Made by a program: the position numbers and the translations under genes. Below, piece after piece: positions 9,301 to 19,924 of a stretch of 64,000 nucleotides of DNA. The stretch comes from Podarcis gaigeae (Eukaryota), in NCBI GenBank assembly GCA_964106915.2, contig OZ066925.1. One strand, 5' to 3'. The notes beneath the pieces are model-generated. The model saw only the letters and a program-made list of their open reading frames with translations, had not been told where the DNA came from and made no database searches. How positions within the stretch are numbered: position 1 is the stretch's first letter; every line of letters starts with the position of its first letter.

Positions 9301-11287
9301 CTCTAATACGGTGTGTCAACATGAATCTGTCATAGGTATAAATATATCCATAAACTACACCACACATAAATCTAACAGGATGATATATAAGGTTTGCTGG
9401 TTATGTAATCCAGCCTCATATTAGGCAAGGGGGCTCAAGATATTGCTGTGGCCTGTTCCTTCTCCTACCCACCAGACTATTGCCAATAATAATATCATAT
9501 GCAGCTGCTTCACATGTCAAACTCCAGAAGTGCAACTTACAAATGCCTGTTCTGAATTTTGAGTTGAAAAGGTGCTAAAACCACGAGGAGGAAATGCAGC
9601 ACTTTTACTGTATGTAGAGATATCCTTTATAGTTCAAAGATCCACCTGCTGCCATGGCCCAGTGATGATAAACATGTGTGGGCAGAATAGTGTGCAATAT
9701 GTAGAACAGAACTATTTTCAATGATGAACTATTCCAGATAGTAACATGGTGATAAATACAATCATTGCACCTTGCAATCGCAATGTAATCATGTTGATTA
9801 CATTCTTACATAGTAAACCTGTGTAAAGTTTTTTTTTTGAAAATAAAATAAAATACTGGGGTTGGTGGGTCTTCAGTTTTGAGAATATTTGCCAGGAGTG
9901 TGCATTATGTTTGGATGAATCTCAGCTCCCAAGGAGAAGTTGAATACTGCATCTCAGAGGGATTTTCGGCTTATTGGAGGTGAAGCAGGATCTGTACAAT
10001 GAAGCGAGTCCAAGCAGGGACCCCTGAAGCACTTTGTGGCACCTTGGCAATCCAAAGCAAGCTTCCGCTGAAGGCAGATTAAATGTCTTTAAATTTACCT
10101 TAATGCCAGGGTGGGATGATGGAAGAATAGAGAGCAAACATCAGAGTTGGAAAAAGCGGGTGGAGAGCTCTATTGAGAGTGATGGGATTCAAGTTAGCTG
10201 CAAATATCTTCTCCTAGTGGTTTCAATGGGATTTAAGCATGACTAACTTTCTTTGGATGCGGGCCAGAGTGTATTTTTAAAGGCAGGCCAGATGGCAGCT
10301 CTTCCACTTGAAATTAGAGAGAGAGGGAGGGGGTGTTCTCTCTGCGCATGTATGTGCAGAAAAAAAGAGCAGCTTTCTATCCTGAAACAAAAATTATGTG
10401 GTTTTTGTTTATTTTCTGGAGTTCTATCCCACCTTTCCAAAAGGCCCTCAGGCAGTTTACAATAAAAATAAGCAGCAGCAGCAATGGTATAGTTTGAAAG
10501 AGGTCACAGAAGGCCCTTGCTGCTAAAAGAAATAATAGAAATTATCTATGGTTATTGCAGGAGTCGGTAGCTTCTTTCAAGCTAGTTTTCCAAAGACATC
10601 ATAGGTGTCCCCTGGTAAGGCACTCAGAGAGAAATGCATCTAGATTAAGATGTAATAAATAAGCCAGTAGTACATTATATTTATTAATTTTACTAACAAT
10701 GGGGACTCAAGATAGCCTCTGGGACTTACTTAGGCCCCACCCTCACCAGTCCTGCCTGCACCCCCCTCCTACACGTTGGTTTGGCTGGAATCTTTCCATG
10801 AATTGTGATAATGTCTCTCGCTTGCCTGTATTGAGGGTGAAGAAATGGGGGCGGGGGGTGTGTTTGTTGAAACCGTTTGCTTTTGCAATGGTGGAATGTA
10901 TGGTACTATACAAAAGCAAGAGCAGCATCCATTGCTCTGCTTGGCGCCTCTGGCCCCAATCAAAACCAGCATGTCCGTCCCCTCAAAAAGTGACTCATGA
11001 GCAGCCCCATCCCTGGTTTATCTTGTCAAAATAACTCACGTCTCCCTTCTCAATTCTGACTCAGCCTTTTCATTTTCATGTTTTGGCTGCTGGTTACTTT
11101 AATTGAATTGTTCAAAAGCTGTAATAAAAAAAATCTTCAGTTAAAACTATAAAAGGATTTTATAAAAATCAAATAGAAATAATGCATCCTTAACGCCCCC
11201 CCCCCCCGGGATGATGGATAAATTGTGGTGGAATTGGTACATTTTACAATTGGTCATGAAAGGAAACATTCAAATGCTGGTCAGTGG

Positions 11288-11812
11288 TTTTTTTTTAATT
11301 TTTATTGATTTATACAATTAAAAATTCCCATAATCTACATAATTTATAGAAAAGACAAAAACCCAAGAATTCAAAAAAAAAAGAGACAAAAACCCACACA
11401 CCCATTCTTCCCCACCCCCCACATCCCTCAACCACATATGTATGTGGTTTTTTGGTAAATATAGTCCTCCTGCTTACACTGTTATATCTTAGCTTCATAT
11501 TCTTTTATCTAAAAACATTCCCATTCTTATCGTTTTAAATCATCTCTTTAAAAGTACTTCTTATACTTAATTATATTCAAAACATTGTTCCTTATCTTTT
11601 ACATTCATTTCGTGGTTGTAGCGAGTCTATTTCTATTTCTGCAGATACAACATATGTAATTCCCAGACTTTTTAAAAGTCTTTATTGTCTTTATCTCTTA
11701 ATCTTCCTGTAAGTTTCACCATTTATGCGTATTCCATCATCTTGGTTTGCCAGTCCTCTTTGTTTGGTGTTTTGTCATCTTTCCATTTTGGGGCAAGCAG
11801 AGTCCTGGCCGT
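11288..11812 (-). mobile_element. L1 3' fragment
   Basis: ORF2 C-terminal peptide ARTLLAPKWKDDKTPNKEDWQTKMMEYA; T-rich left end; TSD aaatgctggtc.g.ggttt (11272, 11813). Confidence 0.85.
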
Positions 11813-11928
11813 AAATGCTGGTCGGAGGTTTTTAATGAAATAAACCAAACAACTGGCCAAAATATACAAGTGAGCACTCAATTGCCATTGTTGTCTATTT
11901 TTGATAATTTTCAATTTTTTTGGTAGAA

Positions 11929-11998
11929 TCATAGAATGGTAGAGTTGAAAGAGACCACAAGGGTCATCTAGTCCAACCCCATTTGCAATGCAGGATTT
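11929..11998 (-). mobile_element. 3' fragment of the CR1-tailed SINE
   Basis: tcatagaatggtagagttgaaagagacc..agggtcatctagtccaaccc matches the tail of the 50917 copy. Confidence 0.75.
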
Positions 11999-12039
11999 TT
12001 ATCTTTTTTACCAATGTGGGTATCTTTTTTACCGACTGA

Positions 12040-12217
12040 CATTGGCGGACAAAGGTGGGGGCGGGGGAAGCGGCCCACACCGGGTGCCATTCGGGGAAAG
12101 GGTGCTATTGCGGCTGCCCCCCCCTCCGGGACACACGGCATGCCCCCGGGATGTGTGCTGGCCACCCCCCCCACCTGTTCTCCATTCCAGGGGCTGCAAC
12201 ATGTAGCTCCGCCACTG
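12040..12217. mobile_element. hAT-type MITE
   Basis: TIR CA(T)TGGCGGA / TCCGCCACTG; perfect 8-bp TSD CCGACTGA. Confidence 0.88.
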
Positions 12218-12328
12218 CCGACTGAGATATCTTTTTAAAGAGTTAATACTTTTCTTTATCGTGGCAGCTAGATTAATAATCACCAGTTTCGAAAAGCAGT
12301 CACACTCCAACCTGCTGAGTCGGTGGTA

Positions 12329-12597
12329 CAGTAGATGCTTGGGTTGCGAACGTGATCTGTGCGGGATGCACGTTCGCAACCTGCAGGGGCACGTCTGCGC
12401 ACGCACGGGTTGCGATTTGGCGCTTCTGCGCATGCACAAAGCGTGATTTGGCACTTCTGCGCATGCACAAAGCGCGATTTGGCACTTCTGCGCATGCGTG
12501 GCCCCCGAAAGTAACCCGTTCCAGTACTTCCGGGTTTTGGCAGATCCATAACCCAAAAAAACACAACCTGAAGCATCTGTAACCCGAGGTATGACTA
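12329..12597. mobile_element. Mariner/Tigger-like MITE with internal 30-bp tandem repeats
   Basis: TA-flanked degenerate TIRs; three copies of gcgatttggc(a/g)cttctgcgcatgc. Confidence 0.75.
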
Positions 12598-12655
12598 TAT
12601 AAGGAAATGTGGAAAATTGCTCTGATGGAAAATCTTACCTTTTCTTCTTCTTCTT

Positions 12656-12983
12656 AAAGAATAGCAAACTGGCACATGCAGCATCTTACTTGGATGTGTC
12701 GGGAGTCTTGGAAGCTTGACTACCTAACGTTCTCCTACAAAGGGACCTTGAGCTGGTTTGGAGGTCCTAGAAGGGGAGTGCAGCTATCGCATACCCTTGA
12801 CCGAAGAACAGCACACTCCTTCAATCTGGGATTGCTGTCCACCAAGCACACAGCTTCGGAAGGGACGCAGGAGGAGCGGTGAGGGAGGGAGGGAGGGGAC
12901 ACTGGCCTAGCCAGCCAGATCAGTCTAATCGACCCTGGCGATCAACGGGGTGACACATGTCGCAGCCAGATCGCCCTCACATC
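12656..12983 (-). pseudogene. RN7SK: Full-length 7SK snRNA retrocopy
   Basis: Minus strand reads GATGTGAGGGCGATCTGGCTGCGACAT...GATCTGGCTGGCTAGG...GGTAGTCAAGCTTCCAAGACTCC.GACACATCC...GCTGCATGTG.CAGT.TGCTATTCTTT, collinear with vertebrate 7SK. Followed by an (AAG)n tail (12641-12655); ATCTTACCT is repeated at 12632-12640 and 12981-12989. Confidence 0.93.
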
Positions 12984-13284
12984 TTACCTGTAAAGTAAAA
13001 GGCTCAAATAAATGGTCCAGAAACAGATGAATATTATGCCATATGGTATAAATTTATTGAGCACGTAACTAAATCGGAGGGCATTCTTCACACACCCACA
13101 CCCCACACACAACTGGAAAATTATGGACTATATTTGACATAGATACAGAACCTGCTTGCCATTAATTTAAAAATACTTGTTTTTTTATTGTTATTGTTCT
13201 GTTTACTTTTATGTACCTTAAATGTGATCTAAAAACTTAATAATAAAAAGGTCTTTAAATATTATTAGTAGTAGTGGTACATGT

Positions 13285-13470
13285 ATATACCACTTTTTAT
13301 CATCCAAGGATCTCAAAGTTGGTGTACCTTTCCTCCCCATTTCATCCTCACAACCACCCTGTGAGGTAGGTTAGGCTAAGAAGGTCACCCAGTGAGATTC
13401 ATGGCCGAGTGGGAATTCGAACCCTGCTCTCTCAGGTTCTAGTCCAACACTCTATTACACCACACTGGCC
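13285..13470 (-). mobile_element. Old MIR/Squam3-type SINE
   Basis: catcctcacaac.accctgtgaggtagg...aaggtcacccag...attcgaaccc...tacaccacactggc. Confidence 0.8.
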
Positions 13471-14494
13471 CTAATGGCCTACAGCTGCTAAGTTTTTGTT
13501 TGTTTCAGCTTCATGATTCTGCCCTTTCAAAATGTTGTGCGATTCAGTAAATCAAAATGGCATGTAGGGCGAATAGTCTAACATTGGGAGGGCACCAAGT
13601 TGGCCAAGGCTGGCCAAGCATCAGCCTTACATTTCGAGGTTATGCAAAATGTGGACAGTTTTGGGATTGGACGTGTTGCCGCCAGATTTCTGTCATCATG
13701 AAACTAAACAGAATAGCATTGTCCTTGAATAAAATGTGATGCCCTTAGTAAAGGGTGATGTCAGTGAATGATTAGTCAGATAACATACCTGAAAAGAAAC
13801 AGGGAGGGGGGAGTTTCCTAACCTTGCCTTGGCTTGAAATGAAGGTACTTTCCACTTACTCAGCTGCAACAAGTAACCTTTGAGTCCTTCTATGTATTCA
13901 CTGGTCACTGAAAGAACAGAAAAACTGAAACTCAGAAGAGCAGTTGGCTGGCAGCTCCGTGGGTTTTGTGCTTTCTTTCTTTTTTCATTCTTAATCTGAG
14001 ACAGTCCAAATCAAACACTTACTGAAATATTAAAGAACGATATGCAGGAGGTGGATTACTCACCGAGGAGAATGCATCACCCATTGCTGAAAAGGCTTCC
14101 TTGGAGAAGAAAAAAAATAAATCACTAGAAGAACCATACTCTGGAAAATGAAAGAGAGAGCAAAGGGATAAGATTTATTATGCACTTGGAGTGGGTGGAA
14201 AAGAGTTCATGGCCATTTACCAACTTTTATGAAAAGGCTGCCTTCATGTGTAAGAGGGTAGGGAGGACCTGGCAACAGTGTACATAAGGATCTATCTTTC
14301 AGCTATTGTTCTTACATCATCTTGTGGCCATTTTATACATTGGAGCAGGGAACCTCAAATCCTGGACTCTTCCCAGGCCACCATCACCACCCCATTCCCA
14401 ATCCGCAAGTGGTTTTGCCTGGCTAGATGGTGTCCTTGAACTCTGATATGTGGGTGGGTGGAGGACAGAGAGGGGCATGTAAATGGGTGCAGAA

Positions 14495-14780
14495 CAATGG
14501 CATAGCATGGCTTGCCAGTGCCTGGGGCTACTTGGAGTGGAAACTGATGGAGTGTGCATGTGCATTCAACTCCCTAATGGTGTCTGCATCACCTAGAAGA
14601 TCGTGACCATAGAGATAAGAAGAGTCGTTCTGTCGTCTGGAGAGGTCATGTCCTGGTTCAACAGAGTCTAGTAACAGAGGTACTCAGTTGTACTGAGGCA
14701 GCACCGGCTGTTGAAATTTTGTGCCCCCAAACAATTTTGCACCCGGGGCAATCTCCAGTGCCCCCCATGCTACACCACTG
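14495..14780 (-). mobile_element. hAT-type non-autonomous element, family B copy 1
   Basis: TIR CA(A)TGGCATAGCATGG / CCATGCTACACCACTG; TSD GTGCAGAA / GTACAGAA; reverse-complement homologue of 17263-17736. Confidence 0.85.
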
Positions 14781-15126
14781 GTACAGAAACTGGCCTGCTG
14801 ACAAAAGTAGCATTTGTATTCATTGCTCTGCCCACAATTTATTTTGGTGCCTCCCACCACTGGCACAGTGGTCCTGAAAGGTTTGCCCAGAAGGGAATGG
14901 GCTAAAAAAGCTTTCCCATCCCTGACATGTGCTAACCCCAGGTGCTAACACTGCCAGACAGGCTTCATGGAGTCTTATAAACCACCCGGAGTTTCGTTCA
15001 GCCTGTGGACCAAACGCTTCCACCAACAAGAACCGTACATGCACACAACCTCAGGAAATTCTTGCATACAATTCTCTGAAATCATGTGAGAAGGGCCACT
15101 GTTTGGAGGAACAGCATCTGTTCTCT

Positions 15127-16188
15127 TTTTTTAATATAATATTTTATTAAGTTTTTTAAAAATAACAACATCCAAAAAAAGAGAAAAAACACACAAAAAA
15201 CACAAAAAATACACAGAAAAAGAAAACAAAAATCCCTCTTTTTAAATTCTTATCTTTGATTCACTTATTTTCCTGACTTCCTCACGCCTCCCTTTTTTGT
15301 ATCCCAATTTGACAATTAATTCAGCAAATTCAAATCCTGCTACTTTACCCTTAAATATTTTACCTCCCAATTTTATAAACTCAAATTTCTCTTGTCACCA
15401 GAACCCCTTCATATTATTTCAATGTCATCAACATTCATACATTTTACAATGCTTCTGTAAATAAATTTTAAATTTCATCCAATCTTCTTCCACCAACTAT
15501 TCTCCCTGATCTCGGATTCTGCCAGTCATTTCAGCCATTTCCATATAGTCGATTACTTGCGTCTGCCATTCTTCCAAAGTGGGTAGATCTTGTGTTTTCC
15601 AATGCTTTGCAATGAGTATTCTTGCTGCTGCTGTAGCATACATAAAGAAAGTTTTATGGCACCAATTGTCCGACTATGCCCAGGAGAAAAGCCTCTGGTT
15701 TCTTCACGAAAGTGTATTTAAATACCTTTTTCATTTCATTGTAAATCATCTCCCAGGCCTTAATCCTCGGGCACGTCCACCAAAGGTGAAAGAATGTACC
15801 TTCAATTTCTTTACATTTCCAACATTTATTATCGGGCAAATGATAGATTTTTGCAAGCTTGACTGGGGTCATGTACCACCTATATATCATTTTCATAATA
15901 TTCTCTCTTAGGGCATTACATGCTGTAAATTTGATCCCGGTGGTCCACAACTGCTCCCAGTCAGCAAACATAATATTGTGTCCTATATCCTGTGCCCATT
16001 TAATCATAGCAGATTTTACCGTCTCTTCCTCAGTACTCCATTTCAACAGCAGGTTATACATTCTTGATAGTATCTTAGCACTGGGTTCTAACAATTCTGT
16101 TTCCAACTTTGATTTTTCCACCTGGAAACCGATTTTTTTGTCTTGATTGTAAACCTCTCTTATTTGAAAGTAATGTAACCAGTCTCGC
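15127..16188 (-). mobile_element. 5'-truncated L1 (ORF2 C-terminal zinc-knuckle region plus 3' UTR), inserted into the head of a tRNA SINE
   Basis: CWKCKEIEGTFFHLWWTC motif; 20-bp TSD AGGAACAG(C/A)ATCTGTTCTCT (15107, 16189). Confidence 0.92.
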
Positions 16189-17262
16189 AGGAACAGAATC
16201 TGTTCTCTGTGCAAAAGATGCTATGCTCAATCTTTGGCACCTCCGGTTTTTAAAAAGACCCTGACCTGAGAGCTGGTGCCAATCAATAATGGATTAGATT
16301 GATAAATAGTCTGAGGCAGCTTCATTTGTTAGACGATAGACAGCCTGTGAATGATGTAATATACTGGATAAGGGGGCATGACTTCTAAGCGAACTTGACC
16401 ATCAACAGATGTGCTTTTGGAAATTACCTTGATCTAATCTTAATTTGTTTATCTACAAATTATAATACTTAACAACATGACTACAAGGACACTAGAAACA
16501 AGGACTGTAAATTGCTTCCAGATGATCTGCTTATTGAGCATTTGTTTGCACAAAGTTTGCAGGGAGGTTGTGCAACATCCACTGCTGTCAAACAACTGTC
16601 GTCCCAGTGCTTTTCATTGCCTTTCCCTATCACTCTACTCACTGCACAAAATCCCACTGGTGTGGGCTGAGAACAGGGGATTTTGCACAAGAATGCAAAA
16701 TCCACTTTAATTACGCAACTGGAATTTACTAGTATACAACTGAATATCATCCACAAAATAGCAACAGTCCAGAAGTGGCCTATGTTGCATACCACAATCC
16801 CTGACTTAAAACGCATTATATAAGGGCCCCATTGAGCTCAGTGGGATTTACTTCAGCACCCTGTGTTTAGAATAAAGACTACAATCCGATACCTACCTGG
16901 CAATGAGCTTGGCTGGTGTATCCAATCTCACCTGCTTGATGGGGCAGAAAGCCAGATCTGCTTCCCCTTCTTTGACATCTGGAGTCCCAAGAAGAAGACC
17001 TCCCCCTCCATCCCTTGGTGCCTGTTTACCAGCCCACTACCTCCTCCTTCCTTTCTTCTTGCATTTGGTGCTGCCAAACCATGCCAGACAGAGTCAAGAG
17101 GTCCATGGCATCCCTGCATATATGACATCAGAGACAGGGGCAGGCAGCTGTAGTTTAAGAAAAAGACCTGGCAGACCAAACAAGGAGATCTGGTGGGTCA
17201 CGTTTGGCATACATCCAGGTCAATCCAAGGAATCTCCATTGAAATGTCTTCTCAAGTAGCAG

Positions 17263-17736
17263 CAGTGGTGTGGCATGGAGGGGGGCACAAGGGTGGTTGC
17301 CCCAGGCACAAAATTATTAGGGGTGCAAAATTTCAAAAGCCAGTACTGCCTCGATACAGCTGTGTGCTTCCATTGCTGGGCTCTGTTGAAAGCGACTTCA
17401 CCGTGCGACCAGGAAGTGTCCTCTACAGAAAACAGAATTACTTATCTTATCTCTACGGCTGCAATCTCGTAGGTGATCCAGACACTGTTAGGCAGTTGAA
17501 TGTGTATGCGTTCTCTGTCCGTTTCTCACACTCACCCCCATCCACGCAGCCCCGGGTGCTGGTAAACCACGCTATGCTGTGGCGTAGCGTGGGTTGTCAG
17601 CACCCGGGGCAAGGCAAGTAATTTGCGCCCCCTAACCCGTGGATTTGCGCCCCCTAACCCTACCCCCCAGATGTTGCGCCCGGTGCGGCCGGCCCCCCTG
17701 CACCCCCCACGCTACGCCACTGACGCTATGTCACTG
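17263..17736 (+). mobile_element. hAT-type element, family B copy 2, hosting a nested MITE
   Basis: Perfect 8-bp TSD AGTAGCAG (17255, 17737). Confidence 0.88.
17577..17722. mobile_element. Young hAT MITE nested in the right TIR of family B copy 2
   Basis: TIR C(T)GTGGCGTAGCGTGGG / CCCACGCTACGCCACTG; TSD ACGCTATG; internal duplicated atttgcgccccctaaccc. Confidence 0.9.
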
Positions 17737-19460
17737 AGTAGCAGACTTGAGAAAGACCTTGAGATCTTTGGGAAGCAACTCTGGGCATGATTATCTGATT
17801 CTCTGGGAGGCAGCTTCAAAATTCATCTGGGAGGAACTGATAGCAAGGAGTTGTGGGTTCCTCACTCCCTGAACATTCAACTGTTTTCCATTCCATTCTC
17901 CCAGCAACAGGGAGCGAAGTCTCAAACAATTGCAATCGTAGCATGAACAATGGTACTGCTTGACGAATAGTCCACATTGTTTTAAAATAAGCCCAGACCT
18001 GGGCTTATAAAAATGCTATTAAGACTTTGAGTGATGTAAGAATATGGGCTAGCCTTCCCCTGAAGCAACATGAAACAATTGCTCCAAACAGATTCCTAAC
18101 CAGAGTGCCATGTTCATACCTCTCATTTCTGCCTGCCCTAAAATAACACACAGAGTTTGAGTGTCACCTTCATTTTGAACATCCCAGGCTTGGGGGGGGG
18201 GGGGGGAAATCTCGCTGTCAAGTAAATTATAATAGAATTGCAGCCTCAGCTTCAGGGCCGGAATCCAGAGCAGCATACAGGCCAAACTGAAACCGAGCAG
18301 CGGGCAAAGGGAAGCAAATGAATACGGTGTGTTCAACTGAGGCCCCACCCCAAGGCTCAGCTTCAGAACCGGTTTGCGTCAAGACTCTTCCTTGGAATTG
18401 CAAATTATTAATATGAAGGATCAGCTCATATCATGGTGCAGAATGCAATCATTCAGGATTCTCCCACCACTCCCTGCTGCTTCCACAGTTCTGGGAAAGG
18501 GCTTTTGTGGTGGCGTTAAGAAGGCTCTGTGACTTGCTTGCTAAGAAGTCCCCGCCTGTTCCCACCAATTGGCAGCTTATCCTGTTTTCGGTGCAGCTTC
18601 AGCAGCGACACGACAGGCAGGAATTCAACAGGTGCAGCTTCGTCAACACTGCACTTGCATCGAGGGAACACGTCCTCAAGTTTCAGAGCCGGATAGAGCT
18701 GTGCTACGTGTTTTGCCATAGCACTCTCCACCAAATTTCTGCACAAGTCATTTAAGCAGCGGCAGAAGAAAAAGAAGGCAGCAACTCCCTTTGTTTATAT
18801 TCCCCAAATCCTGCACAGAACCGTAACAGAAATCAGAGCTGCCCCCTTAAATCCCACTCCCCCCGCCGGTGCTTCCTGGCTCTCGTGGATCCTCGCACCG
18901 GACTTTGAGCGGCACCGGGATCCGGCTGACCTCGAAGGAAACGTGGGCTGCCTGTCAAGCCCCGGCGCGGGCGGGGAGGGGGCGGAGCTCGGTCTGAGCA
19001 GCCCCCCCCCCTCGTCCGCCCCCGCCCCCGAGCCCCCGCCCCTGGAGGCGCATTCCCGCCGGGAACAATGGAGCCGGCGATGCCGAGCGCGACAAAACAA
19101 AGCGCGGTGTGGGCGAAGGCTGCGCGCGCTCCGCCCCTCGCGTCCCGCCCACGCGACCCCCTTCGCCCGCCCTCGCTGGTCGGGAACCTGCCTGGCAGCA
19201 TCCCGCGCCGCCGAGACTGACGCTTCGCCGCCAGGCAGAGCGGAACGCGGCTACCACAGGGGCTCGGCTGGCCTGTGCGCGGGAAGCCCCGGCGGCGGCG
19301 GCGGCGGCACGCTTTGCTCGGACGCCTCGGCCGCTTCGCCGCCCTTCAAGCCGCCTCGCCTTCCCTTCTTCCCTCTCGGCTGGGAACTGTTGCTTCTTGT
19401 CCCGCGTTGCCAAGGAGCCGGGCGCCAGGAGCGAGACAAAAGCCTTTTGTGAAGGAGCCG

Positions 19461-19488
19461 CGGCGGCGGCGGCGGCGGCGGCGGCGGC
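19461..19488 (+). repeat. (CGG)9 trinucleotide repeat upstream of the ITGB8 ATG (second shorter run at ~19290-19308)
   Basis: Directly visible. Confidence 0.95.
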
Positions 19489-19791
19489 TCCCTGGGAGAG
19501 CCGGGCCGGGGGGCCGAGGCGGATGGAGAGGCTCTCCGGCAAAGCAGCGCGCCGCTTCTCCTGCCCTCGCCGGGCTGCACCGGGCTCGGCCGACGGGGGG
19601 GCGCCGCCGCGCTCGCCCTGACATGTGGCGGCGCTGCGCTTGCTGCTGCCGTCGTCGCTTCTCCTCGGCTCCTTACCTGCGCGGTGGTGGCGGCGGCGGC
19701 TGCTTCTCCCGCCGCCCCCTTCGTCCAAACCCCGCGGGCGAGAGCTTGGTCGGGCCCCGGGCGCGGGGTGAAGGGCCGCCCGCTTGGCGCG

Positions 19792-19924
19792 ATGTGGACT
19801 CCGCTCCTGGGTTGTTCCCTGACGGCTGGGCTCGCCGCCCTGCAGAAACGCCCGCGAGGTGCTGGCCCGCTCCTCGGCTTCGCCTGCCTGCTCGCTGCCC
19901 TTGTGCCGGGCTGGGGCCAGAGCC
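19792..19924 (+). CDS. ITGB8: ITGB8 exon 1 coding part (signal peptide MWTPLLGCSLTAGLAALQKRPRGAGPLLGFACLLAALVPGWGQS)
   Basis: ATG in gcgATGt; hydrophobic-basic-hydrophobic leader like the mammalian beta-8 leader; donor C|GTAAGT, phase 1, matches exon 2. Confidence 0.88.

Noticed and set aside
12412-12500. CRISPR-like array (also 6099-6170)
   Set aside because: Head-to-tail tandem repeats without unique spacers, inside eukaryotic transposons.
12656-12983. Functional RN7SK gene
   Set aside because: First G missing, no T4 terminator, no recognisable PSE, and a simple-repeat tail with flanking duplication indicate a retrocopy.
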